Shown piece after piece: positions 36,735 through 46,041 of a stretch of 64,000 bases of DNA. The number at the start of each line of letters is the position of its first letter. The first letter of the stretch is position 1. A program made the position numbers and the translations under genes. The notes below the pieces were generated by a model. It searched no databases, was not told where the DNA came from, and saw only the letters and a program-made list of their open reading frames with translations. Origin of the DNA: a virus; IMG/VR virus record IMGVR_UViG_3300027983_002383; one strand, given 5' to 3'.

Positions 36735-37271
36735 ATGTCTGTACAAATTGATAAAATAAAAGAGTTGGCGATAAGAGCACATGGGAATCAGAAAAGAAAA
36801 TATTCTGGGGATCCATATGTTACCCATACATTTAGAGTCTCTGATATAGTAAAAAAGTTTGGTGGGGATGATGCTCAGATTATGGGGGCAATACTTCATG
36901 ATGTCTTAGAAGATACACCTATGACAGAAAATGAGTTGTGGATGGAACTATTGGATATAGTGGGGGGTAGGATGGCTAATGATGTTATTAAATTGGTTAG
37001 GGAATTGACTGATGTTTATACTACAGAAATTTTTCCAGATTTTAATAGGAAGGCTAGAAAAGAAATGGAGTCAATGAGAATGGGTAATATATCTCCTAGA
37101 TCACAAACTATTAAATACGCTGATATATTGGATAATGGTGAGGATATTATGAAAAATGACCCTAAATTCGGTAAACTTTACCTTAAAGAAAAAGAAAGTA
37201 TGTTAAAATATATGAATAAGGGTAACTCAGAACTATACCAAAAATGTTTGGATGAGCTAGATATTAAATAG
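36735..37271 (+). CDS. HD-domain (p)ppGpp hydrolase-like protein (Mesh1/SAH)
   Basis: AH.NQKRK.SG.PY..H, A.LHDVLEDT, V.ELTD, IKYADILDN. Confidence 0.88.
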   Translation: MSVQIDKIKELAIRAHGNQKRKYSGDPYVTHTFRVSDIVKKFGGDDAQIMGAILHDVLEDTPMTENELWMELLDIVGGRMANDVIKLVRELTDVYTTEIFPDFNRKARKEMESMRMGNISPRSQTIKYADILDNGEDIMKNDPKFGKLYLKEKESMLKYMNKGNSELYQKCLDELDIK

Positions 37272-37471
37272 GGGTTTACTTAAATTACCCATATTTATAG
37301 GTATATGGAAAGATTATTAAAAATACCGTTATTAGTGTTTGTGGGATATATGTCTATCATTGTTGCATCAATTTATACTTTAATTAATTTAATTAGGGAA
37401 ACGTAAAACAATATTAGATTGTTATTTACTATTTGGTGTAGTATCCTTATGCTTAATAAAAAATTTATATT

Positions 37472-37897
37472 ATGAAAAAAGTTGAAAATGGAAATAATGT
37501 AGTGGTTCATTATATAGGAAAGTATGAAGACGGTTCAATATTTGATGATTCTACAGTAGATGGAAGAGAACCAATTAAAACAGTATTAGGTCAGGGTAGT
37601 TTAATAAAAGGGTTTGAGCGTGGTTTATTAGGTATGGTTGAAGGTGAAAAGAAAACTGTTGAGATTTCACCGGAAGATGGATATGGCGAATATCTAGATG
37701 GTTTAGTAACTGAAGTGGGAAAAGATAAGGTACCGGATACAGTTAAATTAGGTGATGTATTAAAATCAGAAGGACCTAAAGGAATTATTAATGTTACAGT
37801 TACTGAAATAAATGAGACTACTATAAAGTTAGATGCTAATCACCCAATGGCTGGTAAGAAATTGTTTTTTGATTTAGAGGTAGTTAGTGTAGATTAA
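37472..37897 (+). CDS. FKBP-type peptidyl-prolyl isomerase, SlyD-like without His tail
   Basis: V.VHY, G.GSLI.GFE..L.GM, SPEDGYG, LDANHP.AGK.L.F. Confidence 0.92.
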   Translation: MKKVENGNNVVVHYIGKYEDGSIFDDSTVDGREPIKTVLGQGSLIKGFERGLLGMVEGEKKTVEISPEDGYGEYLDGLVTEVGKDKVPDTVKLGDVLKSEGPKGIINVTVTEINETTIKLDANHPMAGKKLFFDLEVVSVD

Positions 37898-37915
37898 AAA
37901 TTTATCACTATGGTG

Positions 37916-37944
37916 TTGACTATTAAATATATTTTCTCTACCAT
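37916..37944 (+). promoter_or_regulatory. canonical sigma70-type promoter
   Basis: TTGACT-17-TACCAT. Confidence 0.6.
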
Positions 37945-37980
37945 TGATTAAATTATAACAAAAACATAATATTTTAAAAG

Positions 37981-38163
37981 ATGAGTAGAAAAAACACAAA
38001 AAACAGAGAAGAGTCTTTATCGTCACTTTTCGGTCCTTCTAAGACAGGAGTACCAACAGAATCATTAACTTACATTAGAAAAAACCCAAAAAGATTTGTT
38101 CAGAAAATTACTGAAATCTATGGTTTAAATTCTGTAGTTAAGTGGGTAGGTGAAAAAGCGTAA
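37981..38163 (+). CDS. small hypothetical protein
   Basis: ORF. Confidence 0.65.
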   Translation: MSRKNTKNREESLSSLFGPSKTGVPTESLTYIRKNPKRFVQKITEIYGLNSVVKWVGEKA

Positions 38164-38183
38164 GTAATAAATCTAAAATTATT

Positions 38184-38212
38184 AAAAGGGTGGTATTTTT
38201 TACCACCCTTTT
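38184..38212 (+). terminator. intrinsic terminator (possibly bidirectional)
   Basis: AAAAGGGTGGTA-TTTT-TACCACCCTTTT. Confidence 0.8.
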
Positions 38213-38233
38213 ATATTTATATAAAAAAACAAT

Positions 38234-38530
38234 ATGAGTGATTTTAACAATTTAATTAATTCTACAAAACCAACGTTAGTGGACTTTTACGCGATCTGGT
38301 GCGTACCCTGCCAAATGATGTCCCCAATAATTGAACAAACTAAAAAAGATTTAGGTAGTACAGCTACCGTATTAAAAGTAGATATAGAGTCTAATGCTGA
38401 TATTGCTAGAAAATATGGGATTAGAAGTATCCCTACTTTATTATTATTTAAAGAGGGTGAGATAGTGTGGAGACAAACTGGTGTACCACCTAAAGAGCTA
38501 ATAGTTGACTCAGTTAAAAAATACATATAA
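38234..38530 (+). CDS. trxA: thioredoxin
   Basis: LVDFYA.WCVPC, K.DIE, IRSIPTL..FK.GE. Confidence 0.93.
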   Translation: MSDFNNLINSTKPTLVDFYAIWCVPCQMMSPIIEQTKKDLGSTATVLKVDIESNADIARKYGIRSIPTLLLFKEGEIVWRQTGVPPKELIVDSVKKYI

Positions 38531-38586
38531 CTATTGTAGTTATTGGGATATTTATATTATAATAACATAAACAAAAAATATTTTTT

Positions 38587-38739
38587 ATGAAAACAATTAG
38601 TAAAGTGATTAACAATAAATTATTCAGATCTGGTGTTGTCGCTGTGATTTGTATTACATTATTCATAAATGGTAGCATTAATTACGCATGGTTTGCTGGT
38701 GGTGTTGCTGTAAGAGAATTTTTATTATCATTTAAATAG
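38587..38739 (+). CDS. 50-aa membrane protein (not in ORF track)
   Basis: MKTISKVINNKLFRSGVVAVICITLF... Confidence 0.55.
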   Translation: MKTISKVINNKLFRSGVVAVICITLFINGSINYAWFAGGVAVREFLLSFK

Positions 38740-38767
38740 TTATAAATAATTATAGTATTATATAATG

Positions 38768-38791
38768 AACCCACAACTTGTGGGTTTTTTT
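38768..38791 (+). terminator. intrinsic terminator
   Basis: AACCCACAA-C-TTGTGGGTT plus T-run. Confidence 0.75.
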
Positions 38792-38840
38792 ATGCTTACA
38801 CGATATTTATATATGGATAACAATTTAAAAGTTTTTATAT

Positions 38841-39107
38841 ATGAGAAAAGTAATACGAAAATTTATGAAATTTATAAGTGATATTTTAACTGAAGACAAG
38901 AAGGATAATAAGTATTCATCTAAAAAAACAATGGGAATAATATCGGGTGTACTAGTGTGTATAGCTTTTATAGGGGATGGGTTTCATTGGTTCACCATTA
39001 ATGAGAATTTATTTAGCTCTATGTTGATATTTTCCGCAACTATGTTAGGGGTATCTACCGTTAAAGCATTCGCAACCCCTAAATCAAAAGAAGAAAACAT
39101 AGGATAA
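38841..39107 (+). CDS. 2-TM membrane protein, holin-like
   Basis: YSSKK followed by two hydrophobic helices. Confidence 0.45.
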   Translation: MRKVIRKFMKFISDILTEDKKDNKYSSKKTMGIISGVLVCIAFIGDGFHWFTINENLFSSMLIFSATMLGVSTVKAFATPKSKEENIG

Positions 39108-39706
39108 TGAAAATTAGATTAACAGAAGGACAATATAAAAGATTATTATCTGAGGAGACTTCCGAAGAACTTCTAACTGTTTATGGTAACTATAAAACAA
39201 TTGGTGATAAAATCAGTAAGTTTATCGCTGATTTATATATTCATGTGAATGAGGTAGAAAAGATTACACCACAAATGATGGAAAATCACTACGGTTATGA
39301 ACCATTAAAGAAAGTGATTATGGAAATTGGTGATTATAAGTATAGAGTTGCATTGGTTTTAGCACATAACTACATTAAAAATTATGATTTAATAAAGAAT
39401 AATGATAAAGAAGGTTTGATTGGTATACCTTATGAATTTTATAGTGAGTTCTCGATTGACGTACCAATAAAAATGAATGGACGATTATATGGTAAAGGTG
39501 ATGGTAAGATACAAGCTATGGCTACTAGTCCTGAAGAATTTTATGAAAAAATAGAATCTGGAGATTATGATATTATAGAAGATGGGTATGACCCTTCTTA
39601 TGATAGTAGTGAAATTCATTGGGAACAAGATTATGCAGCAACAACTGATAATATACATTATAACATTGAAGAGTTGATAGATAAAGAGGAAATAAAGTGG
39701 TTATGA
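39107..39706 (+). CDS. leader-bearing acidic protein, paralog 1
   Basis: MKIRLTEGQYKRLLSEE. Confidence 0.8.
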   Translation: MKIRLTEGQYKRLLSEETSEELLTVYGNYKTIGDKISKFIADLYIHVNEVEKITPQMMENHYGYEPLKKVIMEIGDYKYRVALVLAHNYIKNYDLIKNNDKEGLIGIPYEFYSEFSIDVPIKMNGRLYGKGDGKIQAMATSPEEFYEKIESGDYDIIEDGYDPSYDSSEIHWEQDYAATTDNIHYNIEELIDKEEIKWL

Positions 39707-40299
39707 AAATTAGATTAACAGAAGGACAATATAAAAGATTATTATCTGAGGATAATAAAAGTTTTCTTGATGGGGAAGTTGACTTTAGGAACATAGGTAA
39801 TAAGGTTGATAGATTTGTTGTTAATTGTTTTGAATATGTTTATGAAAAAACCCAAAACATTCCTAATAACGCTAGTAACCAAGATTACTCTCAATTATTT
39901 ATGAAAGAGTTTGGTTTAACAGAACCAGAATCTATTTTATTGTCACATAATTTCATTAAATTTAAAAAAGAAGTAGTAGATGGTGATTTTAAAAAGATAT
40001 TAGGTAAACCTTTAGAATATTATGGTAAATTTACTTATAGTAGTTACTACCCAGTTACGGGTTATATTAGTGGACAAATGGATGTTAATTATGTCGGTTA
40101 TGGTAGTTCCCGTCAAGAATTTTTTGATCAATTATCTCAAGGGGACTTTGACTCATATGAAGATGCTGGTGATATAGAATATGAAAATGGTAATATAACA
40201 TGGGAGGATGATAATGATTATGCGGGTGATTACATAGCACAACAAATAGATGATGGTGACATTGATGAAGTAATGGATAATATTGTAATATCTAATTAA
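39703..40299 (+). CDS. leader-bearing acidic protein, paralog 2
   Basis: MKIRLTEGQYKRLLSED; start at ATG 39703. Confidence 0.8.
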   Translation: MKIRLTEGQYKRLLSEDNKSFLDGEVDFRNIGNKVDRFVVNCFEYVYEKTQNIPNNASNQDYSQLFMKEFGLTEPESILLSHNFIKFKKEVVDGDFKKILGKPLEYYGKFTYSSYYPVTGYISGQMDVNYVGYGSSRQEFFDQLSQGDFDSYEDAGDIEYENGNITWEDDNDYAGDYIAQQIDDGDIDEVMDNIVISN

Positions 40300-40300
40300 T

Positions 40301-40870
40301 ATGAAAATTAGATTAACAGAGGGACAATATAAAAGATTATTATCTGAGGATAATAAGGGTGGTTTTATTACTATTACCCCTAAAGTAATTAGGTTAATGG
40401 AGTTAATTAATAAACACATTGGGTATAACGCTACTAAAGGTGAGGTATTAAAATTAGTAAGAGATGATATGGGACTTTCACATAACGAATTCCTAACAAT
40501 ATATAACAGCTGGATTATAGACTTCAAAGAATTAGATGTAGAAGAGTATAGGGGTTTATTGGGTAAAGAAATGGAATTTAAAGGTATTTGGGCGATACAA
40601 ACATATATCCCCACTTATTTATGTGGTAGAACACATCTTCCAGGGTTTATAAATGTTGAGGCATCTTCAGAGGAGGAAGATTTAGAGTTATCAAAAACCA
40701 TACCCCATAGTGATTTAGATGTGGAATTTGATGAAACAAGTTGGGAATATCAAAACCCAGAACTAGATTTTGATTATGATGATGCTGACATGTTAAAAGA
40801 TATGGTGCAAGATCATATGCATGATGTGTCAATTTCAAATATGAGTGGTAGAATAAGGTTAGTAAATTAA
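40301..40870 (+). CDS. leader-bearing acidic protein, paralog 3
   Basis: MKIRLTEGQYKRLLSED. Confidence 0.8.
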   Translation: MKIRLTEGQYKRLLSEDNKGGFITITPKVIRLMELINKHIGYNATKGEVLKLVRDDMGLSHNEFLTIYNSWIIDFKELDVEEYRGLLGKEMEFKGIWAIQTYIPTYLCGRTHLPGFINVEASSEEEDLELSKTIPHSDLDVEFDETSWEYQNPELDFDYDDADMLKDMVQDHMHDVSISNMSGRIRLVN

Positions 40871-40889
40871 TAAGATATATAGTATAAAG

Positions 40890-41756
40890 ATGAAAATAAT
40901 AATAACAGAGGATCAATATAAGAACCTAATAACTGAATCTAATTTTGTATTTCCAATAGGGAATGATAATTTTAATGTGGGTTATGACTCACAAGGATTA
41001 GGTAGTGGTATATCACCAAAGGTATTAGACAGAGAAGGTTCTATACATAATTCAGATTATAAACGTGGTGACGCAGCTCATAAATCGAGGGGTGGTCATT
41101 TAGGTATTGATATTTTTGCGCCCAAAGGAACCCCATTAGTTTCTTGTGTTAATGGTGTAATATTTTCTATAGGTAGAAATAATGGTATTGGTGGGAACAC
41201 TGTCAACATTAAAGGTGATGATGGTAAAAATTACTATTATGCACATTTAAATAGTATAAATAACGAATTAGAAGAGGGTGAAGATATCACTATGGGTAAA
41301 TTTTTAGGAACAGTCGGTAATACGGGTAACGCTAGCGGTACTCACCCACATCTACACTTCTCAATTTATAAGGGGGATTATAGTAAAGGTACTATTGACC
41401 CATGGGATTATCTGAAATCAACTTTAGATAATGAAAACATCATCATTATCGATAAAGATGATGTTACAGAAAAGGTTGATGGGAGAGTAGTTACAGATGA
41501 AGTTTTTATCGATGATATTATAGATAATATGGATAATAGTGAATTAATTTCTTTGGGTAGTAAAGGTGATGGTGTAAAGGAGGTTCAAAGTATATTAATG
41601 GAATTAGGTTATGAATTATCAGAATATGGTGATGATGGGATATTCGGTAGTGAAACAATGGATGCGGTTAAAGATTTCCAAAGGGAAGAAGAGTTATCAC
41701 TGATTGATGGTATCATTGGTATTGAAACATCAACAATGTTGCATAAATTTATTTAA
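40890..41756 (+). CDS. leader + M23 peptidase + peptidoglycan-binding domain
   Basis: MKIIITEDQYKNLITES; HLGID, YYYAHL, G.VGNTG, HPHLHF; LGSKG.GV.EVQ...FQ...DGIIG.ET. Confidence 0.88.
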   Translation: MKIIITEDQYKNLITESNFVFPIGNDNFNVGYDSQGLGSGISPKVLDREGSIHNSDYKRGDAAHKSRGGHLGIDIFAPKGTPLVSCVNGVIFSIGRNNGIGGNTVNIKGDDGKNYYYAHLNSINNELEEGEDITMGKFLGTVGNTGNASGTHPHLHFSIYKGDYSKGTIDPWDYLKSTLDNENIIIIDKDDVTEKVDGRVVTDEVFIDDIIDNMDNSELISLGSKGDGVKEVQSILMELGYELSEYGDDGIFGSETMDAVKDFQREEELSLIDGIIGIETSTMLHKFI

Positions 41757-41775
41757 AAGATAAAAGACTATTAAT

Positions 41776-42195
41776 ATGAAAATAATAATAACAGAGGAAC
41801 AATATAAGAAGGTTTTACTAAAGGAATTTGGTGAAACCATTACTGACCCTAAAGAATGGTATGATCGTGTCTTAGAATGGGTAGACGATAGAAAAGAATT
41901 GAAGTTTGATAGTAATGAGGTTGAAGTTGTTGCTTACGATAGTAACGACATCTATTTAGGGTATTACGATAAAGAACAACAATTTGGGTTTGTAGTATCG
42001 GAATATGGTATTGGGGTAGAAGATGAATACGATGATGAAGAATATATTGATGAACAAGATAGTGGTGCACCCGAAAGTGGGTCTTCTACCAAGTGGGAAG
42101 ATATTGTATCATTAACTAGGGGACCTGCCAATACATTGGATAATAGTCCTTGGTCAGATAACCTTAATAGAGGTCCCGCTAACCAACTAACTTAA
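41776..42195 (+). CDS. leader-bearing acidic protein with RGPAN repeats
   Basis: MKIIITEEQYKKVLLKE; W...L.RGPAN twice at C-terminus. Confidence 0.75.
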   Translation: MKIIITEEQYKKVLLKEFGETITDPKEWYDRVLEWVDDRKELKFDSNEVEVVAYDSNDIYLGYYDKEQQFGFVVSEYGIGVEDEYDDEEYIDEQDSGAPESGSSTKWEDIVSLTRGPANTLDNSPWSDNLNRGPANQLT

Positions 42196-42197
42196 AA

Positions 42198-42323
42198 TTA
42201 GTTTCCTGAATTATCAGTACTGGTAGTTGTAGTCGTAGTTGTCGTACTTTCGTTTGTAGGTTTAACTACTGGTTTCTTTTTTTTACATCCACAACCTCTG
42301 TAATTTAATTCATTTTTAATCAT
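42198..42323 (-). CDS. 41-aa GCGCKK / poly-Thr mini-protein (not in ORF track)
   Basis: MIKNELNYRGCGCKKKKPVVKPTNESTTTTTTTTSTDNSGN; ATATTT directly abuts ATG. Confidence 0.6.
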   Translation of the reverse strand: MIKNELNYRGCGCKKKKPVVKPTNESTTTTTTTTSTDNSGN

Positions 42324-42422
42324 AAATATATGTTTTTATTATTGTATTATTATATTATTATATTATAAATATCTGCAAAATCCTTATTTTGTAAATATTT
42401 AATTTAATTTTATTTAAAAAAA

Positions 42423-42454
42423 TTTGTTTTAATGGGAAATTATTCATATATTTG
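42423..42454 (+). promoter_or_regulatory. Bacteroidota-type promoter
   Basis: TTTG-20-TATATTTG. Confidence 0.75.
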
Positions 42455-42463
42455 TTTAAAATA

Positions 42464-43498
42464 ATGATTATGAATGTAGATTTTTTAAAAGAAGTATTAT
42501 CACTACCATCGATATCAGGTAATGAAAGTGTGGTTAGAGACTATATTTTAGAATTTGCGGAGAAGAATCAGATATTATCTACAGTAGATAAGAAAGGTAA
42601 TGTTTACCTAACAAAAGGTAGTGACTATATGACTGAGGGTGAGTTTTACCCCTGTGTTGTATCACATATGGATACTGTACATCGATCACATACAGAATAT
42701 GTTATAAACAAAGAACGATTAGATATTGTTGAAGACGATGGTATATTAACTGCTCGACACCCTAATAGTGAGATACAAACAGGTATTGGTGGGGATGATA
42801 AGTGTGGTGTTTACGTTTGTTTAGAGATGTTTAATGAATTAAATATCCTTAAAGGTGCTTTCTTCGTTGAAGAAGAAATAGGTATGTTAGGGTCTAGAGA
42901 AGCTGATGACAGATTTTTTGATAATGTGGGGTACGCCATCCAATTTGACGCACCATCAGATAATTGGATTAGTGAGGTGTGTAGTGGTGTAAAATTATTT
43001 GATGAGGATTTTAAAGAAGAAATCACTCAAACATTAAATGAATCTGGATATACGAAATTCAGTATTGACCCATTCACAGATGTCCATCAGTTAGCTACAA
43101 AGTATGACTTCAACTGTTTAAATTTAGGCTGTGGGTATTATAGACAACATACAGATAGTGAATATGTGGTAATCGAAGAAGTTAGTAACTCATTAAAGGT
43201 TGGTATTAAATTAATTGATAAATTAGGAATTAAAAAATATTTTCATAATAAAGAAGTAACCAAACCACTAATGACTGAAAGTACCCCTTACTATGGGTAT
43301 AATGATATGGAAAGCGATGTAGATAATTACGACATATATGGTGATGATTACGACATATATGGTGATGATGAAGTTTTAGATGAGGTTAGTGAAAGTATTG
43401 TAGAATTAGTTATCAGTATGAATGAACAAGGTCATAACATCGAAGAAATAAAGTATGAGGTGTCAAAGTATTTAATTGATAATAGTTTATATGTTTGA
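42464..43498 (+). CDS. M20/M28/M42-clan zinc peptidase
   Basis: SHMDTVH, GIGGDDKCG, FFVEEEIG, QFD, FTD, GYY.QHT..E. Confidence 0.85.
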   Translation: MIMNVDFLKEVLSLPSISGNESVVRDYILEFAEKNQILSTVDKKGNVYLTKGSDYMTEGEFYPCVVSHMDTVHRSHTEYVINKERLDIVEDDGILTARHPNSEIQTGIGGDDKCGVYVCLEMFNELNILKGAFFVEEEIGMLGSREADDRFFDNVGYAIQFDAPSDNWISEVCSGVKLFDEDFKEEITQTLNESGYTKFSIDPFTDVHQLATKYDFNCLNLGCGYYRQHTDSEYVVIEEVSNSLKVGIKLIDKLGIKKYFHNKEVTKPLMTESTPYYGYNDMESDVDNYDIYGDDYDIYGDDEVLDEVSESIVELVISMNEQGHNIEEIKYEVSKYLIDNSLYV

Positions 43499-43661
43499 TT
43501 TTGATGAAGAAGGGTTTAAAAGAATGGTTTCAATAGTGATATTGTCAATATCATTATTCTTATTAATAATTTTAATTTTCCCCACACTATTATATGTGAT
43601 AGTGATTATAGGGATATTGGTACCATCCTATTATATATATAAAAAGAAAAAAAATGAATAA
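43491..43661 (+). CDS. small membrane protein
   Basis: Hydrophobic ORF. Confidence 0.55.
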   Translation: MFDFDEEGFKRMVSIVILSISLFLLIILIFPTLLYVIVIIGILVPSYYIYKKKKNE

Positions 43662-43887
43662 AATGATAAATCCCTCAGATGAATTAAAAGTGGGTGATAA
43701 TGTATGTTATCAACCTAAACATTATGAAGATGGTCAGTTTGAGAATGGAGTTGTAAAAGAAATTCCAACCCACACTGAAACTTCAGTAAGAGTAGTATAT
43801 AATTGTGGAGGACAATGGCATAAGTTTATGGACTATACCTCAGCATTAACAAAATTATCTGACCTTACATTAGGTTGGAAATATTAA
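43654..43887 (+). CDS. small hypothetical protein
   Basis: ORF. Confidence 0.65.
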   Translation: MNKMINPSDELKVGDNVCYQPKHYEDGQFENGVVKEIPTHTETSVRVVYNCGGQWHKFMDYTSALTKLSDLTLGWKY

Positions 43888-43899
43888 AAAGAAAACAAA

Positions 43900-44142
43900 A
43901 TGGAACACGAAACACCAACAATAGAAATCTTTAATGAACTTAAAGAGGCTGCTACAACAGTATGGAATACATTTGATAATACCTATGGGTATGTTACAGA
44001 GAAACTTGAAATAGTAAACTCAATAGAGAATTATGCTGATAACGTAATGATATCTTATCGAATGTTTGATAATGGAAATCAACGTTTAATGAGACAGGAA
44101 CTATCAAGCGAAGCACTTAGTTATATTAATAACAATTTATAA
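43900..44142 (+). CDS. small hypothetical protein
   Basis: ORF. Confidence 0.65.
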   Translation: MEHETPTIEIFNELKEAATTVWNTFDNTYGYVTEKLEIVNSIENYADNVMISYRMFDNGNQRLMRQELSSEALSYINNNL

Positions 44143-44148
44143 ATAAAA

Positions 44149-44364
44149 ATGAATAAAATGGAAAATAAAATATATCTAATAAGAAAAACAATTATTGGAA
44201 AAAACCTTTCGGTAATAATGAATGATAGTTTAGGTTCTGTATTAGAATTTAATAGTTTTGACGAGGTGTCTAAAATGTGTGAAATACTAAATGTGAATTC
44301 AGATAACAATTGTAGATATGAAATACATACTGTTAACGGGTATACCCCAAAAGATAATAAATAA
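44149..44364 (+). CDS. small hypothetical protein
   Basis: ORF. Confidence 0.6.
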   Translation: MNKMENKIYLIRKTIIGKNLSVIMNDSLGSVLEFNSFDEVSKMCEILNVNSDNNCRYEIHTVNGYTPKDNK

Positions 44365-44365
44365 T

Positions 44366-44668
44366 ATGAAGAAGAAGGGGTTGATTGATGAGTATAAGGA
44401 AGCGAAATCTAAAGAAATATGGGTTGACGGAGTTTTGTCTAATTTCATTTATGGGTTATTAGGGTCAATGGTAATTGTATCCATTACCGCTAGGATAGAT
44501 ATTGCTGTATTATTAGCATACTTAGTTTACTATTTTTACTTAGGTAAAGTAGTTAACAGACCCAAATACGTTACGTCATTAGGTAAATTTATAGTGTTTC
44601 CGATACCAACCGCATTAGGTGCGTTTATAGGGTATAAGTTAACACCTTTATTAATTGAGTTATTATAA
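44366..44668 (+). CDS. membrane protein
   Basis: Three hydrophobic segments; ATG 44366. Confidence 0.65.
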   Translation: MKKKGLIDEYKEAKSKEIWVDGVLSNFIYGLLGSMVIVSITARIDIAVLLAYLVYYFYLGKVVNRPKYVTSLGKFIVFPIPTALGAFIGYKLTPLLIELL

Positions 44669-44689
44669 ATGAATTAAAAAATAAAAGTT

Positions 44690-45256
44690 ATGGCAACATT
44701 AGAAGTAAGCAACGATCAATTAAGATTAATCCAAATTGCCCTTGATTTCTACTCAAGAGTAGGGATAGGGCAATTTGGAGTGATTAAAGACCATCCAACA
44801 TTTGAGAAACATTTATATGATGTTTGTAGACCAGATAAAGAAGTAGAAGTAGGTGATAGCACCTCACAAGGAAAAATACTTGAGATTAAAGACGGTAAAG
44901 CATTAATTGCAGGTAGTGTAAAAAATAAAATGTGGAATGAAGCAACAGAATGGAAAAAATTAAAAGATGTTAAGTTATCTACTAATTATGAGGAGTTTCA
45001 TTCAATTCGAGATGAAATTGATACTAAATTATACAAAGTACGAAACATACTAACTAATGATGATTCAGTTGGTAGAAATGGGAATAGGGGGATATATAAT
45101 CCAAAGGTAGATGAAACATGTAGAGTAGCTTATGATATAATCCAAGTAATTAGACACGAGTTCTGGAAAGCAGATGAAACTAGAAGTAGCATAACAGTGG
45201 ATTCAAGTATTTACTTAACAACAAAAGATACAGGAAATATAAAAGTAACATTATGA
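44690..45256 (+). CDS. hypothetical protein
   Basis: ORF. Confidence 0.7.
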   Translation: MATLEVSNDQLRLIQIALDFYSRVGIGQFGVIKDHPTFEKHLYDVCRPDKEVEVGDSTSQGKILEIKDGKALIAGSVKNKMWNEATEWKKLKDVKLSTNYEEFHSIRDEIDTKLYKVRNILTNDDSVGRNGNRGIYNPKVDETCRVAYDIIQVIRHEFWKADETRSSITVDSSIYLTTKDTGNIKVTL

Positions 45257-45275
45257 AAAAATTGATAATAAGTAT

Positions 45276-45764
45276 ATGCAGAAGTTAACTAAATTAGATT
45301 ACCAAATTAGATTATCGGTATTGTTGTTAGCATTTATATCCCCACTCATATATTTAATGATAAGTGGATATCAACCTTCCCTTTCATCATATTGGAACAC
45401 TATATGTCAACCTATGTTTATTGTTGTAAATACATCAACTGCATTCTACCTAACCCAGATTAAGAACTGGAAGATGTCAGCATTAACATTACTATTATTA
45501 ACAGCCTTTTCAATTGCATTATTTCCAAATACACATAATGTTTTAGCTACTTTGTTTTTTGTAGTTACAATATATCCACTATGGATAACCCATCACTTTA
45601 AATGGGTTGTTTGGTTATATATGATATCGTTGCTTATATTTCCATTCAATATGTTAATCGCTGAGATAGTAGCTATGTGGTTAGTATGTTTACATCAAGG
45701 ATTAGTGTTAATAAAGTTATATAAATTAAGTAATAGAGTAAAAAATAACATAGAATATGAATAA
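45276..45764 (+). CDS. multi-TM membrane protein
   Basis: About 6 hydrophobic segments; SLSSYW motif. Confidence 0.65.
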   Translation: MQKLTKLDYQIRLSVLLLAFISPLIYLMISGYQPSLSSYWNTICQPMFIVVNTSTAFYLTQIKNWKMSALTLLLLTAFSIALFPNTHNVLATLFFVVTIYPLWITHHFKWVVWLYMISLLIFPFNMLIAEIVAMWLVCLHQGLVLIKLYKLSNRVKNNIEYE

Positions 45765-45788
45765 TATACTAAATACATAAAATAAATT

Positions 45789-46040
45789 ATGATGGAGCAA
45801 ATAATATTAGTTATTTCACAACTTACCTTCTCTTTTTGTAGAACGTTGAACGTTAGATATACAAGTAGAGATGTGATTCTACCCTCAATTATAACATCAA
45901 CTTTAGTTAAAATAACTTGGATTGTAAGCACTTATTTAGGAATTAATGCAATGATTAACAGGGATTTCACAACAATAGCTGTATATGTTATATTTGGAGT
46001 AATTGGAGATTATTTATCTTTTAAAATTAAAATTAAATAA
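45789..46040 (+). CDS. small membrane protein
   Basis: Hydrophobic ORF. Confidence 0.6.
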   Translation: MMEQIILVISQLTFSFCRTLNVRYTSRDVILPSIITSTLVKITWIVSTYLGINAMINRDFTTIAVYVIFGVIGDYLSFKIKIK

Positions 46041-46041
46041 A

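Larger units (their letters stand above)
39107..40350 (+). repeat. 50-nt leader-coding repeat, three copies
   Basis: ATGAAAATTAGATTAACAGARGGACAATATAAAAGATTATTATCTGAGGA at 39107, 39703, 40301. Confidence 0.95.

Noticed and set aside
38841-39107. ILTE motif in the 2-TM protein as a member of the leader family
   Set aside because: Context (followed by YSSKK and two TMs) fits a small holin-like membrane family; likely coincidence
43328-43369. 21-nt tandem duplication (YDIYGDD twice)
   Set aside because: Simple slippage in an acidic linker; no sign of function
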